A DNA stretch of 64,000 bases from a virus, in the IMG/VR virus record IMGVR_UViG_3300030108_005139, positions 1 through 64,000 of that record; one strand, given 5' to 3'. Shown here one piece after another: positions 47,252-58,244 of the stretch. Position 1 is the first letter of the stretch; each line of letters begins with the position of its first letter. The notes under the pieces were generated by a model, which was not told the DNA's origin, made no database searches, and saw only the letters and a program-made list of their open reading frames with translations. The translations under genes were made by a program, and so were the position numbers.

Positions 47252-48784
47252 TTAATCAACCCTAAATTTAAAAATCTCAGGCTGTTCTCTATAATTTCCA
47301 TCTGGCATTTTATAAATAAACCTAATTGCGTACATATAACCAGCCTCTAAAATTTCCATTGGAAAATCAAAATAACTCCCTGACGTATCATACGAAAGTT
47401 TAGTGTGCTCGGTAGATCCTGTACCATATGATACAACTTCAAATTCATCAACTGTTCTATAAATTCTGTAATGTGCATCTTCTACTATTGCCGTTGGAAT
47501 ATCACTTGTAGCCCTATCATAAATATTTGGATTCCAATCTTTTTCTCTTATGTAAAGCCTAAACCTTGTCGATTTCTCATCGCGATGGTAGGTGTCTCTC
47601 AAGTTAACAATATTTGTAACGTACTCAGGATGAGGATTGTAATCCACTGAATCAAATGTTTTTACCGTTATCGCAGAGGCTGTGTGGAACTCTACTTTGG
47701 TTTCTTGCCCAAGAGATATGTTGTGCCAAACTGGGAATATAGTTGTCGCAGAACCAGTATACGCAAATGATGCCGAGTATATACCAGTTGATACATAACC
47801 ACCCGTCACATTAACATCATTATTGGCAACTACACCACCACCAATTGGCAGGGAGTACTTGCTACCAGAATCGGGCACAGAATTGTCTTTAGAGCCAGAA
47901 TAAATACTAACTAATATGTCGTTCGCTCCGTCTTCAACAATGGGTATGTTTCTTAAGCGTCCGCGAATATTGTTGTATAGATAAATAGTATTTAGATTCT
48001 CGTCGCCAGTGGCTAAAGAACTACTTAAGTAGAAATCTCCAGCACTATCTCTTTTTGAGGAATCCCACCGAGCCTCGATGGATGGTCTCTTTAGCACATA
48101 TTCAGAATGTCTAGCAAAGAATTTTTTCGTGTAATATGATCTTTTTTCAGCTTCTTGAGCATCAGGAAATTTAATTATAACTCCGTAATTTGGCTTTTGC
48201 CCAAGAACGTTACCAGTGCTGTTAAGCCATTGTTCTACAAGAGTTGTAATATCTACACAAATATTTTCTGTACCATCTTCAAACGATGCTGTAAAAGAAG
48301 AAGATACATCACTGTGAAAATCACCCCCTGTAGTAATCCAATTAGATGAAGCGGTAGCTGGTGGTGTCCCCGATGTGGCCTGAATCCAGTTTGAACCAAA
48401 ACCACTATATGTCAAATCCTTGTATTCATCCATATCCAAACCATAACCCTCTTCCCAAGATTGAGTTAAAGCTGCGATAGTTAATTTAAAATCTTTTGGA
48501 AGTGTGTGGGTGTGTTCTGCATTGTACATTTTCAAGAAGAAAGAGGCACTGCCACTAACTGGAATATTTCCAGCAGAACGGTCACTTGATATAACATCAA
48601 CTGGAAACTGGATTAAAATTCTAGACAACTCAGACGACGCACTGCTTTCTTGACCATAAATTGAAAACACTTCAAGTGTATCAGCTAAACCCATATTAGA
48701 GCCGGTCGCCCTAGTTCTAAGGTTCATTTGATAAGCATTACTAATTGTTGTATCTATACTGGCACTATATCTTTGAATTCCCAT
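47252..48784 (-). CDS. baseplate-associated beta-sandwich protein (DNRLRE-like domain)
   Basis: DTTIS..SNMG..SRILIQF..LKMY..LTQSWEEG pattern; follows the wedge gene. Confidence 0.6.
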   Translation of the reverse strand: MGIQRYSASIDTTISNAYQMNLRTRATGSNMGLADTLEVFSIYGQESSASSELSRILIQFPVDVISSDRSAGNIPVSGSASFFLKMYNAEHTHTLPKDFKLTIAALTQSWEEGYGLDMDEYKDLTYSGFGSNWIQATSGTPPATASSNWITTGGDFHSDVSSSFTASFEDGTENICVDITTLVEQWLNSTGNVLGQKPNYGVIIKFPDAQEAEKRSYYTKKFFARHSEYVLKRPSIEARWDSSKRDSAGDFYLSSSLATGDENLNTIYLYNNIRGRLRNIPIVEDGANDILVSIYSGSKDNSVPDSGSKYSLPIGGGVVANNDVNVTGGYVSTGIYSASFAYTGSATTIFPVWHNISLGQETKVEFHTASAITVKTFDSVDYNPHPEYVTNIVNLRDTYHRDEKSTRFRLYIREKDWNPNIYDRATSDIPTAIVEDAHYRIYRTVDEFEVVSYGTGSTEHTKLSYDTSGSYFDFPMEILEAGYMYAIRFIYKMPDGNYREQPEIFKFRVD

Positions 48785-50589
48785 TATCTAACGGTTCCCT
48801 TAATATCAGAGTCTAAATATCTGATTTCAAACACTACATCCTCTGGAGCTAACAAGTACCTCCCATCAAAAGATGTATTTTCACCAATATCAAAAGAGAT
48901 TGCAGAGTGTAGAGCGCTAGTTTTATTAACCATTGTTACATCAACCGTGTCTGAAATTCCCTCAACTTGATTTAAGATGCGATATATGTTTGCAATATTT
49001 ATTGGTTCCCCTATTTCATTAATATTGAGGAACTGAGCTTTTAGTTCTGTCTCAGCTGCTTGAAGAATTGAAAACTTATCGACCTCTGATTCTGTGACAA
49101 TCGTAAATTCTATTCCAATGTTAACAATATTAGCATCAACGATATCAACAGTATCGTTAACCATTCTATACTGGTTTATCCAATTTTTAAGATTATTCTT
49201 AATTGTGTCATTGGTCTTTGTCAAATTACCATTAAAATCTTCGGACACTACATATATGTTTAAATTTCTTTTAAAAGCATCTGGATCTTGAAAAATATTA
49301 CACCTCTTAATAGAGCCAAACTTAGCTGGCATCATATACACTATTGCTTTGTAATCTTGCGCTGTGACTGCCCTATTTTGTGAGGAGAAAGTATCAAATA
49401 TTTTTCTTTTTACCTCATCCATAGACGGGTAAGATACATCACCAACAATTGGTTCATCATTTGTAACTTCTAAAGAATTGATTACTGTTCTTTTCAACGA
49501 CTCGTTTAATGAAACAGAATCTGGAAATGCTACGATTGGACCATTCATACTGTTAATGGCACCAACACCCGCGTTAACAGTTGCAGAAGTGTTCTTTCTA
49601 TACGAGACCGTTATCGTTGTATTAGAAGGTGCAATGCCAAATTTATCACTTTGCAACAATCTTGTTGGGTCAAAAGATAAATCTGTAATGTGATCTCTTG
49701 CGTGCCTGTCGAGAACAATATCTTCAGGTCTTAAAACGCTGTTATTTGACAGCAGATTTTCATCGTCAGAACCATATCCAAACTGCAAAAAATTCCTACC
49801 AAAATCTCTTTCAACAACAAACCTCCTCATTGCAACAAACGGTTTAAGAAGGTTAGGAACTATATCTGAATTTGCACCTGTGTTAGTGATCGGTCGATAA
49901 ATTATGTTTTGAGACAAATAATCAACTTCAAAATACTCATTACCGTCAGCATCAACAACTTTAACTATTTCAGTTAAATTTGGATCCCCAAGATCGACTC
50001 TTTTAAATTTTTCAAATTTTCCAACTTGAAAGGTTTTAACCTCATAGACGCCCGATACTACCTCGCCATAAGCCCTAATCGCATACTCAGAGGGCAAACC
50101 AGTAGATTGATTAACCTTAGCAACAACTGTTTGATTAGCAGGATCTGCAAAATTTACATCATTCATTAACATAAAAGTCGCGCCCGTGGTGGAGGAAAAT
50201 GTGGTGCCCCTTTTCAATACAGGCAAATAACTTCTATTCACTCCCATTCCAGAAGCAGCGGCTGGCACTCTAGCAAATAAAGTTACCACTCCATAAGATG
50301 ATGGAACAGAATCTAATTTGAAGCCTAACGCCTTTGCGTGTTTAACAACATTATTGTATTCATTGGCTGTTGATAAAAATGATTCATTTGCTTGATAATC
50401 CAAGTAAAACGACATCATATCACCAATATAAGATACCGCATCTACCATCAATGCCCCGAAAGAAGCCTCATTAAAATCTTTGTAAGTGTCTGGGTAATAT
50501 CTTCTCGCATATTCAATCAAATCATCACGAATTCGATTAAAGTCTCTACTTGTGTACTTAATTGATGGAAATTTTAATTTATCGGGCAT
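48784..50589 (-). CDS. baseplate wedge subunit (T4 gp6 / baseplate J-like)
   Basis: YTSRDFNRIRDDL, NESFLSTA, LQFG, NRAVTAQDY. Confidence 0.88.
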   Translation of the reverse strand: MPDKLKFPSIKYTSRDFNRIRDDLIEYARRYYPDTYKDFNEASFGALMVDAVSYIGDMMSFYLDYQANESFLSTANEYNNVVKHAKALGFKLDSVPSSYGVVTLFARVPAAASGMGVNRSYLPVLKRGTTFSSTTGATFMLMNDVNFADPANQTVVAKVNQSTGLPSEYAIRAYGEVVSGVYEVKTFQVGKFEKFKRVDLGDPNLTEIVKVVDADGNEYFEVDYLSQNIIYRPITNTGANSDIVPNLLKPFVAMRRFVVERDFGRNFLQFGYGSDDENLLSNNSVLRPEDIVLDRHARDHITDLSFDPTRLLQSDKFGIAPSNTTITVSYRKNTSATVNAGVGAINSMNGPIVAFPDSVSLNESLKRTVINSLEVTNDEPIVGDVSYPSMDEVKRKIFDTFSSQNRAVTAQDYKAIVYMMPAKFGSIKRCNIFQDPDAFKRNLNIYVVSEDFNGNLTKTNDTIKNNLKNWINQYRMVNDTVDIVDANIVNIGIEFTIVTESEVDKFSILQAAETELKAQFLNINEIGEPINIANIYRILNQVEGISDTVDVTMVNKTSALHSAISFDIGENTSFDGRYLLAPEDVVFEIRYLDSDIKGTVR

Positions 50590-50607
50590 TTTCTTCCTCT
50601 ATCCTTT

Positions 50608-50985
50608 TTAAGCCTGTATTCTTAATACATCTCTTTCACTTAACGAAGGAATCACATATTTTATAACAACCCCAAGGGCGTTTCTATCAGTTTCTAATCC
50701 CTCAGAATCAGTAAAATTTATCTCTGATATTTGAACAAATGGGAGATATTTTTTAACCTGTTCTGTAATTCTTTGCATAATTTCCATCCTTACAGCTTCA
50801 TTGTTAAACTCGAATAAATAATTATACATCCCCACTCCAAAAAGAGGATCCATAATCCTCTCACCCGGTGATGTCAGCACCAGCATTTTTAGATTCTGCG
50901 ATATGACCTGTTTAACAGTTTTTGTCTGTGTGTAGCCGCCCGCAGCATCTAACAGTAATGGAAGTTTTGGTGAATATCCTTTCAT
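50608..50985 (-). CDS. baseplate wedge protein, gp25/GPW-like
   Basis: QNLKMLVLTSPGERIMDPLFG; 125 aa; precedes the gp6-like gene. Confidence 0.9.
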   Translation of the reverse strand: MKGYSPKLPLLLDAAGGYTQTKTVKQVISQNLKMLVLTSPGERIMDPLFGVGMYNYLFEFNNEAVRMEIMQRITEQVKKYLPFVQISEINFTDSEGLETDRNALGVVIKYVIPSLSERDVLRIQA

Positions 50986-51000
50986 TGCTATTGTCTTCTA

Positions 51001-51010
51001 TATAATTATC
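51001..51010 (-). promoter_or_regulatory. candidate late promoter variant GATAATTATA
   Basis: Intergenic, ~15 nt upstream of the gp25-like ATG. Confidence 0.35.
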
Positions 51011-51017
51011 TTAATCA

Positions 51018-54000
51018 TCAAGATTTATATAGATTTTCTATAATCCCTCGAATAAATGATTTTGTCCTTGTAAATTGTTCTGGATCTATTACAGAAGCAT
51101 TCAATAATTTTTTATAACGAACACCCCCAGTTCCAAAACCACCTGGCACTGATGTTATATCTTCGATTTCAGAAGGAAAATTGCTAGATATCGTTTCTTT
51201 TTCACTTGTGCCTAAGTTGATTGGATTTGTTAAAAATGCAGATATGTTTTGGTCATTTATCATTAACAAATAATTAAATAATTTTCTTACAGGGAAGATA
51301 TATTCAAACATTGTTTTAAACTGAGTGTTTTGGATCATTCCCTCTTTTAGTGCATCTAGTGTGGCCCTTCTTGTTGCATTGTTAGTTAGGGGGCTGTCCG
51401 AGCCAACCTCACCCCTAATTGAGCCCCATTTGGCCTCATAAGTTATAATAGGAACACCCTTTTCAAAACTATAAGAATTAAGTGCCAAAATATCTTCAGA
51501 CAAATCAAACTCAAAAAGAGTACGAAGTAGGTATGTTAACCCTTCTGAACTGAGACCGCGACCAAGATATCCGTGAGTTTTTGATCCGCGCAAACAAACC
51601 CTCAATCCAATGGTGTCTTCATCGGTAATTGCACGGTCAGAACTAGCTGCATATCGATCCATAAAGACAACATCTGGAACCTCGTCATCAGCACGAACAA
51701 CATAGTATTCCATATACAAACCCTCACCATTTTGTTCCCAATAGCTTGTATATCTCCCACTACCAGGGTCTTCAAACAATGTAAGGTTTAGTGGCGCTCC
51801 ATCAATATTGTGCCCAATAATTTCAAACTTATCAAGGAAAGATAACATCAAAGACCGCATATTCGTATCTGAAATACTTTCGCCTGGTGATACTTCTGGA
51901 AAACCTTTACTCTCCACGAACAATTGATAGATTAGCCCATTAAATGCACTTAGTGTTATTTCTAATTCTTTAGCGACATAATAACCAATCGCTGCCCGAT
52001 TTAAACTAAGTCTTTCATCTATTGGAGGATAATAGGCCAAGGTATCCCCAGGACCATCCACGGATAAAAAGCCTGATTCGGGCCTTTTTTGTTCTAACTC
52101 CATTTGAGCTAATTCCCTAGCTGCATCTTGAAACGTACCACAGGTTGGCGTATCAAAAAGACCGTCCCTAATCGAGGTAAATAATATATATTCTACAATA
52201 TATGACACAAGGGTGGAGTCAGCTATATCCTCTATATTTAACATCCTTTTATATCCCCGAGCCAATGCAGGATTGTTAACTGGAGAGTCGTTAGTTGCCC
52301 CAGCATCATTAACAAATTCATTACCCCAAGTAGTATTGAACTTTTCAGGCACTGATGTTAGTGCATACATATTTTTGCATAAAAACTCAAATATATATAT
52401 TCGAAGCAAGTATCTCAAAGAAGTCTCCTTCATAACATATTCTCTGAGATTTGGAACTCCACCAGGATTTGACATAGCTAAAGTTATTTTGTTTTTTATA
52501 ACCTCTTTAACACTAGACTCTCGACCTTCTTGACCCTCAAGACCCAACAACTGTAATACTATATCGAAATTACCAAAAGCACCTCTCATTGAAGACAACA
52601 ACTCTGATGAGTCTTCTAACAGTGGTGAGTCAGATACAAATCGATATAAAATTCTCATAACATCGTTGAAAACATTCGTGTAGGTTCTTGCTAACTTACT
52701 AGACCACTCAGAATCATTCCAAGGCTTTTCAAGACCTTCTGGCCACACTGTATTGAGTTTTTCAATTATGAAATTAGTATACAATTCTTGCTGCTTTGTA
52801 CATTGCATTTCATCAAAATCAGCAAAACTAACAGAAGACTCCCCATCAATTAATTCTGTAGGGAGGTCATTAAAGACAGGAATATCCCGATACTGTGAAG
52901 CATTTATAAATTCATCTGGTGGAGTGGAATTATCAATTACATCATTTTGAAGTCGCTCTAGTTCGGTTCCCGGCGCGTTGAGGTATTTCACAACTGGCCC
53001 CTCTACATTAGCACGCCTTAAAGAATCAGGGAAACCAGATATTGGAGCCCTATTGATAAAAAATGTCCTAAGAACTGGAAAATCTGTTCCGCTCGATGCA
53101 TCGGCAACCCACCAGCCTGGAATGGTATTACTTTCGTCCACTTGATATGAAATCGCAGCTTTTTTTCCATCCCTTAATAAAATTGAATCTCGATATGCAC
53201 CAACTGAATGATGTAGTGTGGAACTATAAACCCAATTTCTATTTTCTATAGGATCAGAAGCTACAATATCTCTAGGTGTCCCTGCTGGTTGATAGAGATC
53301 ACTTAAATTAATTCTAGTTCTTAGCTTGGGTGGCATTGCTGCGTTGGTTAAAGCAAACCCTACTGGGTTTGACCAAGCCTTGTTGTAGCCCTCATCCGAA
53401 ATAATGTACATCACTCCCCTGTTCTTGGGAAATTCTTCAGAGTATGTTTGCCCTTCAAAAAGAGACCTTACAAATTCAGCGGTTTCGCCGAAAAGAGAAT
53501 CAAAACGAGTTGGTGCGGACACCCCATATTCGATTGTGTCATAGGGGGTTTCTCGTTCCCCCATTCCCTCCTCAATCATCACTCTAGCGGGTGCTACAAA
53601 CACAGATTCAACCACTTGCTCTATCATCTGTTCCGTTGTGGAGTGATTTGCAATTTGTTCTCCAATTACACCACTTTTATTTATTAAAGCATCATAAGAA
53701 TCAGTAAACGGACTCTCTGGTGATTCAAACATTGAAGCCATTTGTGCTAAAAGTCTTTTTCTTCTTTCTTTTTCTGCGTTGATTTGCTCTTCTATTTGTT
53801 CAGAACTTATACCCTCTTTTCGACCCAACAAACTTCTTCTTATTTCCTCAGAAAAGCCATCATCACATATTCTTCTAGATGGAATTGTGTATCCAAATTC
53901 ACAAATTGAAGAGTCAACTAAAGAACCTAAAGAAGAAAAGAAACTTGCTACATCTTTTTTTGTACTAAAAAGAGAGGACATAGGAGCATAAGCATCTAAT

Positions 54001-55895
54001 AAAACAATACCATATACCACATCTAAAACCTCAACCGATGCCTTGTTCTGCAACAAAGAACACAATTCTGACACGTCTAGTACAGCCGACACATCATTCA
54101 TTAGTTCTCTTAGCAACTCACTTGTTGCAGTTCCATCACCCGCGTTAGAGGATAAAAGGTTATAAAATGAATCTAACTCTTCAGAAAAATCTGAAGAATT
54201 AGAAAGTAGTGAGTTTATGTTCTCTCTACCGTAATTCAATTCTTCATTTGATGCACCCGTTAGCTGGCTTAGTAGGCCCATAACTATTTGGGTAATAATA
54301 AAAACCGCTATCTCTATCAATACACTAAAAATCAATATGGCCAAGTTTTTAGTTACATCGAATATCAAACTTTCAGCAGGAAAATTAAATGGTATCGTAA
54401 CATTAGATATGTCAGGTAATTTTTCAAGAAACTTTTCAATACCTCTGGATGCCTCGCTTAACATAGAATCACTAACGGGCTCGCCCAAGCCTTCAAATAA
54501 TTTGACTGCTAAATATTTAAAATCAACGTGATTCAACAAGTTGTTATATAATCCATCAAAACCACTCCCAAAAGAATCGAATAGTTCTGATAGATCCATT
54601 TCAAAGGGGCCTGTCCCTGTAGAGTGTACAACATCTCTAACTTGATCTGCTACATTTAGTTGAAAATCAAAATTAAGTATATTATTATTTTCAGACAAAA
54701 GTTGCGTTGCAGTTTTTATGGCATCTTGAGATAATGGAGATAAGCTTTCATCTCTTGATAGCAACCCAGTGCCATAGTTAATTAAGCCCAATATAGCAGC
54801 AGCTTTTTGCGCCCCCCTTTCAAGTGGGGTGTTTCTTAATATTTCAGACTCAAACGAAGGTGAATCCAACAAATCAGGTCTAGGCGGGTATACATATCTA
54901 TTTACAAACTCCTCCCAAGATGGCTCAATTGAGTTTGAAAACATTTGTGCCATTTCTTCGTTAGCCCAATAAATTAACGCAGAAGTAGTTTGAGAAATTA
55001 GTGGTTGCCTTGTATTCATTTCCATTCTAGGCCAAGCCGTTCTTAAGAACATATCAATGGGTGGTTCATTTAAATCTTCTGCGAGATATCTCACATCTAA
55101 AATGTTGTAATTTGCTGCGTCGAACACAAACTCTAAATACTTTTCTGCTGTTGTTGGTACAGTTTTTAAATCAACATCAACCTCATTGTATCTTAGAAAC
55201 TCCTGTAATAAATCAATAAATTTATTTAACCTCTCTCCTTCGGATGATAAATTAAGAGAAGTTACAACGCCTTCGGCCAAGCTCGTTGCCCCTTCAATAA
55301 AAAAGCTTGGAACACCATCACTAATCCCACTTAAAAAAGCTGATCCATATTTTCGGATCATAACATCGGATACTAATTTATGTTTTTGTCTTATCTCCGC
55401 AACTTGGTATCGTGTAACAACAGTATCGGCTGATGAATAAGCTGGAGTATATGTAGACTCTGGATATTCACTCAGAAGATTAACCGGTAATGTAACCAAA
55501 GTTTTTACTTTTGTTGTTGGTCTCGGGCTGATATAGTATCTGATTTCTCCCCTAGATGAATAAGTTTGATATAGTTCTTTTGATCTAACCAGCAAAACAT
55601 CCTTCTCTGCAGATGTGACTCTTTTATTATAGAATTCTATTAATAAGTCAACGCCCCTTTTAATATACCCATCAATTCTTTGTTCTCTTTGCTCAAGCGA
55701 ACCTAATGAATCGTATTGAACTAATTCTCCATCACTGTAAGCTTCATCAACAACAATACAATGTTCACAACTACGCCTATCAATGTAGGGAGAGAGTCTG
55801 TCTTTGTATTTCCACTCAACTACAGGCGCGTCGGGTTGACTAACACATTTGGGTTTTTGTAGTTTTTCTACTTGATCTGTACAAAGTTCTGCCAT
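51018..55895 (-). CDS. large hypothetical baseplate-region protein (1625 aa)
   Basis: Long ORF between the spike and gp25-like genes; mostly helical and acidic, with one hydrophobic stretch. Confidence 0.75.
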   Translation of the reverse strand: MAELCTDQVEKLQKPKCVSQPDAPVVEWKYKDRLSPYIDRRSCEHCIVVDEAYSDGELVQYDSLGSLEQREQRIDGYIKRGVDLLIEFYNKRVTSAEKDVLLVRSKELYQTYSSRGEIRYYISPRPTTKVKTLVTLPVNLLSEYPESTYTPAYSSADTVVTRYQVAEIRQKHKLVSDVMIRKYGSAFLSGISDGVPSFFIEGATSLAEGVVTSLNLSSEGERLNKFIDLLQEFLRYNEVDVDLKTVPTTAEKYLEFVFDAANYNILDVRYLAEDLNEPPIDMFLRTAWPRMEMNTRQPLISQTTSALIYWANEEMAQMFSNSIEPSWEEFVNRYVYPPRPDLLDSPSFESEILRNTPLERGAQKAAAILGLINYGTGLLSRDESLSPLSQDAIKTATQLLSENNNILNFDFQLNVADQVRDVVHSTGTGPFEMDLSELFDSFGSGFDGLYNNLLNHVDFKYLAVKLFEGLGEPVSDSMLSEASRGIEKFLEKLPDISNVTIPFNFPAESLIFDVTKNLAILIFSVLIEIAVFIITQIVMGLLSQLTGASNEELNYGRENINSLLSNSSDFSEELDSFYNLLSSNAGDGTATSELLRELMNDVSAVLDVSELCSLLQNKASVEVLDVVYGIVLLDAYAPMSSLFSTKKDVASFFSSLGSLVDSSICEFGYTIPSRRICDDGFSEEIRRSLLGRKEGISSEQIEEQINAEKERRKRLLAQMASMFESPESPFTDSYDALINKSGVIGEQIANHSTTEQMIEQVVESVFVAPARVMIEEGMGERETPYDTIEYGVSAPTRFDSLFGETAEFVRSLFEGQTYSEEFPKNRGVMYIISDEGYNKAWSNPVGFALTNAAMPPKLRTRINLSDLYQPAGTPRDIVASDPIENRNWVYSSTLHHSVGAYRDSILLRDGKKAAISYQVDESNTIPGWWVADASSGTDFPVLRTFFINRAPISGFPDSLRRANVEGPVVKYLNAPGTELERLQNDVIDNSTPPDEFINASQYRDIPVFNDLPTELIDGESSVSFADFDEMQCTKQQELYTNFIIEKLNTVWPEGLEKPWNDSEWSSKLARTYTNVFNDVMRILYRFVSDSPLLEDSSELLSSMRGAFGNFDIVLQLLGLEGQEGRESSVKEVIKNKITLAMSNPGGVPNLREYVMKETSLRYLLRIYIFEFLCKNMYALTSVPEKFNTTWGNEFVNDAGATNDSPVNNPALARGYKRMLNIEDIADSTLVSYIVEYILFTSIRDGLFDTPTCGTFQDAARELAQMELEQKRPESGFLSVDGPGDTLAYYPPIDERLSLNRAAIGYYVAKELEITLSAFNGLIYQLFVESKGFPEVSPGESISDTNMRSLMLSFLDKFEIIGHNIDGAPLNLTLFEDPGSGRYTSYWEQNGEGLYMEYYVVRADDEVPDVVFMDRYAASSDRAITDEDTIGLRVCLRGSKTHGYLGRGLSSEGLTYLLRTLFEFDLSEDILALNSYSFEKGVPIITYEAKWGSIRGEVGSDSPLTNNATRRATLDALKEGMIQNTQFKTMFEYIFPVRKLFNYLLMINDQNISAFLTNPINLGTSEKETISSNFPSEIEDITSVPGGFGTGGVRYKKLLNASVIDPEQFTRTKSFIRGIIENLYKS

Positions 55896-55903
55896 CGTAA
55901 ATC

Positions 55904-56791
55904 CTAATTAGTGTTGTTGTATCTGCTTAATATATAAGTGGGGGATACTGGTTTAAGATATTTCATTTTTAGAAACTCGCCGCCAACGCGACTAAGCGCC
56001 TGAGATATCGCTCCCTGTATACCCAACTTAGATTGCATACCTGCAACTATACCTTGAAAAACCGGATCTGGTAGAGGGGAGCCTGGAATGGCGTGAGTGT
56101 GAGCCAACATTGCAGTGTTTACTGTCATCTGAGCGGTTAAATTACCTTGAACAATTCCATTTAACTGCCCGATCTGATCCACCAGGGAAATAAGTAAACT
56201 AATCAAATCGTCACCCTTAACCATTGGTTGTAATCCCGAATCATCGTTTCCCGCTATTAAATCAATCCCTTTAACAAATTCTATTTTACCACCTTGTGAG
56301 TTTTTTGATTCTGGGCGAGTGATTAATTTAATACCCTCACGACCTATAATCCTTACAGCGTCTGCCTTAATGCCTATACCTGAACGTGCTGTCGATTTTC
56401 CAACCTTGCCTGCAGCCAGTTTGAAGTATCCATCTATATTTGCTTTCTGGCTTATGTATATTCTTGCTGCATCTTTTTTCATTGATGGATCGACATATAT
56501 TTCTTCTCCATTTCTATCATAAGTTGCCAAGTTGTCAGCAGACATCCTGCCAACAACAATGTCGATTCTAGACGCACCCATTTCAGCACCGTAACCAGAA
56601 AGACGACTTCCTGGTCTGTCTCTTCCAATTACAATTTCTGCGTTTTTTCCGATTACCTCTTCAGAATCAGATTTAATATATCTTGGTTTTGGCTCTACCA
56701 TTATAGAACCAGCAACGCCACGCTGACCCAAACTGACATCGGCTAATGTCTTACCACTACCTGTGTAATCAATTGCCTTTCTAGATGACAT
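55904..56791 (-). CDS. baseplate spike/hub protein (gp5 C-terminal / gpV-like)
   Basis: Short beta-strand repeats, QPMVKGDDL and an HTH (His-x-His) tip motif; baseplate context. Confidence 0.6.
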   Translation of the reverse strand: MSSRKAIDYTGSGKTLADVSLGQRGVAGSIMVEPKPRYIKSDSEEVIGKNAEIVIGRDRPGSRLSGYGAEMGASRIDIVVGRMSADNLATYDRNGEEIYVDPSMKKDAARIYISQKANIDGYFKLAAGKVGKSTARSGIGIKADAVRIIGREGIKLITRPESKNSQGGKIEFVKGIDLIAGNDDSGLQPMVKGDDLISLLISLVDQIGQLNGIVQGNLTAQMTVNTAMLAHTHAIPGSPLPDPVFQGIVAGMQSKLGIQGAISQALSRVGGEFLKMKYLKPVSPTYILSRYNNTN

Positions 56792-56810
56792 AAACCAGTA
56801 TCCTTAAAAA

Positions 56811-58244
56811 TTAGAAATCGTTTGGAACATCAGTGTTTCTAGGATCCCAATCTGGAGGGATCGGGCGTCCGTTTCCTAGCACCGGTGCTTCCACTAGACC
56901 AAATTCATCTCGTATCGGTATGCAGACTTTTTGCCAAGTTTCAAAACCAGGGTCGCCAGATTTTGGATTATACGCATTACGATGAGCACCAATATATTGT
57001 ATTCTTCCGCCTGCAGCAGCCACTTCAGCAATAATACATCTAATAAGTTGAATAGCAACCTGAGCTTGGCGATCTGATAACCTATCAGGATACCTTTCTG
57101 GTCGTAAACGGTCGGATCTTCTTGGAAATTTTCCTTCCATCTCTATTTGCACTGCCCTGGTATTAAATCCGTGAGAGCCCCACACTTTTTTAGTAAAATC
57201 ATAAAGTCGATATGCCTTTGGGCCGCCCCAAGCTTCACTACCATATTCATTAGTAACCATATAATGCACGTGCAAGCCCATCCATCGACGATAACCACCC
57301 GTTCCACGACCGCGCTTTATTATCATACCAGTCGCATCGCGCTCTCCGCGCTCTAAGCAAGCAGTATCATACCTAGAACAATCTGTTTGACCTTCCGGGT
57401 GTCTTGAATCATCATCATCGAGTGGTCCTGCTTTTGAATCCATTTGATGTAGTACAATTGTATCTATTCTTTCAATTGGATTATCTCTTCTAGAACCAGG
57501 AGGATCAAGCATTTCGGCGCGAACATCAACGACCTCCAGGCAACTACTTAACGGAGGAATTGGGGAAAGCGGATCAAATGGCTCCGTTGGTCTAGACGCA
57601 TTGTTTGATGAGTTTGATGGAAAATTACCCCCAAGTGGAGATCTTGAACCACCCCCTCGCCCTCCTGGTCCAGTTGAACCACCAGATCTTGGCCAAGAAC
57701 CATTAGGCCCAGCAACAGCACCGGGAAACTCGTACTTACCACTACTAAAAGTCCTAGCATTAGAATATGTTACAACTATTCTATCTCCTGGCATTGGAAG
57801 GGGATACCCCTCTACTTCAACTTTTGGAAAAAGGATACCTGTCTGCATATGTGCTCTAATTGCAGACCAAAAAAGAAATTTCTCCTGCTCAGTACCCTCT
57901 GGATTATAATAACCTGGGTGGGGTAAATTATCGTGAATTCCGTCAATCCTTGCAACACACCAAGGTAATCTAATTTGTGCAGCCGGATCGGCATAATCGT
58001 ACATATAACCAGGTGGAGGGCCTATATTTGCAGGATATGACATCAAACATTGTCCAACAAATGGTCCGTTTGATGGAATGATGGGTAATCTATAGGGAGC
58101 AGTTACTGCATAAGTTAATGCGTCGTAAGGCTCAATGCCTACAACAGATGAGTTGTGAGTTAACCCACCAACAAGGTTGTTTTGCGCTCCTGGCGCAAAT
58201 ATTGTATAAGGGTTGGCTTGATTTTGGTCGGCCACTTCACGCAA
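56811..58244 (-). CDS. baseplate hub-like protein with C-terminal N-acetylmuramoyl-L-alanine amidase (Amidase_2)
   Basis: TIVLHQ, VHYMV, SHGFNTRAVQIEMEG, IGAHR..GDPG; Gly/Pro linker. Confidence 0.75.
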   Translation of the reverse strand: MREVADQNQANPYTIFAPGAQNNLVGGLTHNSSVVGIEPYDALTYAVTAPYRLPIIPSNGPFVGQCLMSYPANIGPPPGYMYDYADPAAQIRLPWCVARIDGIHDNLPHPGYYNPEGTEQEKFLFWSAIRAHMQTGILFPKVEVEGYPLPMPGDRIVVTYSNARTFSSGKYEFPGAVAGPNGSWPRSGGSTGPGGRGGGSRSPLGGNFPSNSSNNASRPTEPFDPLSPIPPLSSCLEVVDVRAEMLDPPGSRRDNPIERIDTIVLHQMDSKAGPLDDDDSRHPEGQTDCSRYDTACLERGERDATGMIIKRGRGTGGYRRWMGLHVHYMVTNEYGSEAWGGPKAYRLYDFTKKVWGSHGFNTRAVQIEMEGKFPRRSDRLRPERYPDRLSDRQAQVAIQLIRCIIAEVAAAGGRIQYIGAHRNAYNPKSGDPGFETWQKVCIPIRDEFGLVEAPVLGNGRPIPPDWDPRNTDVPNDF

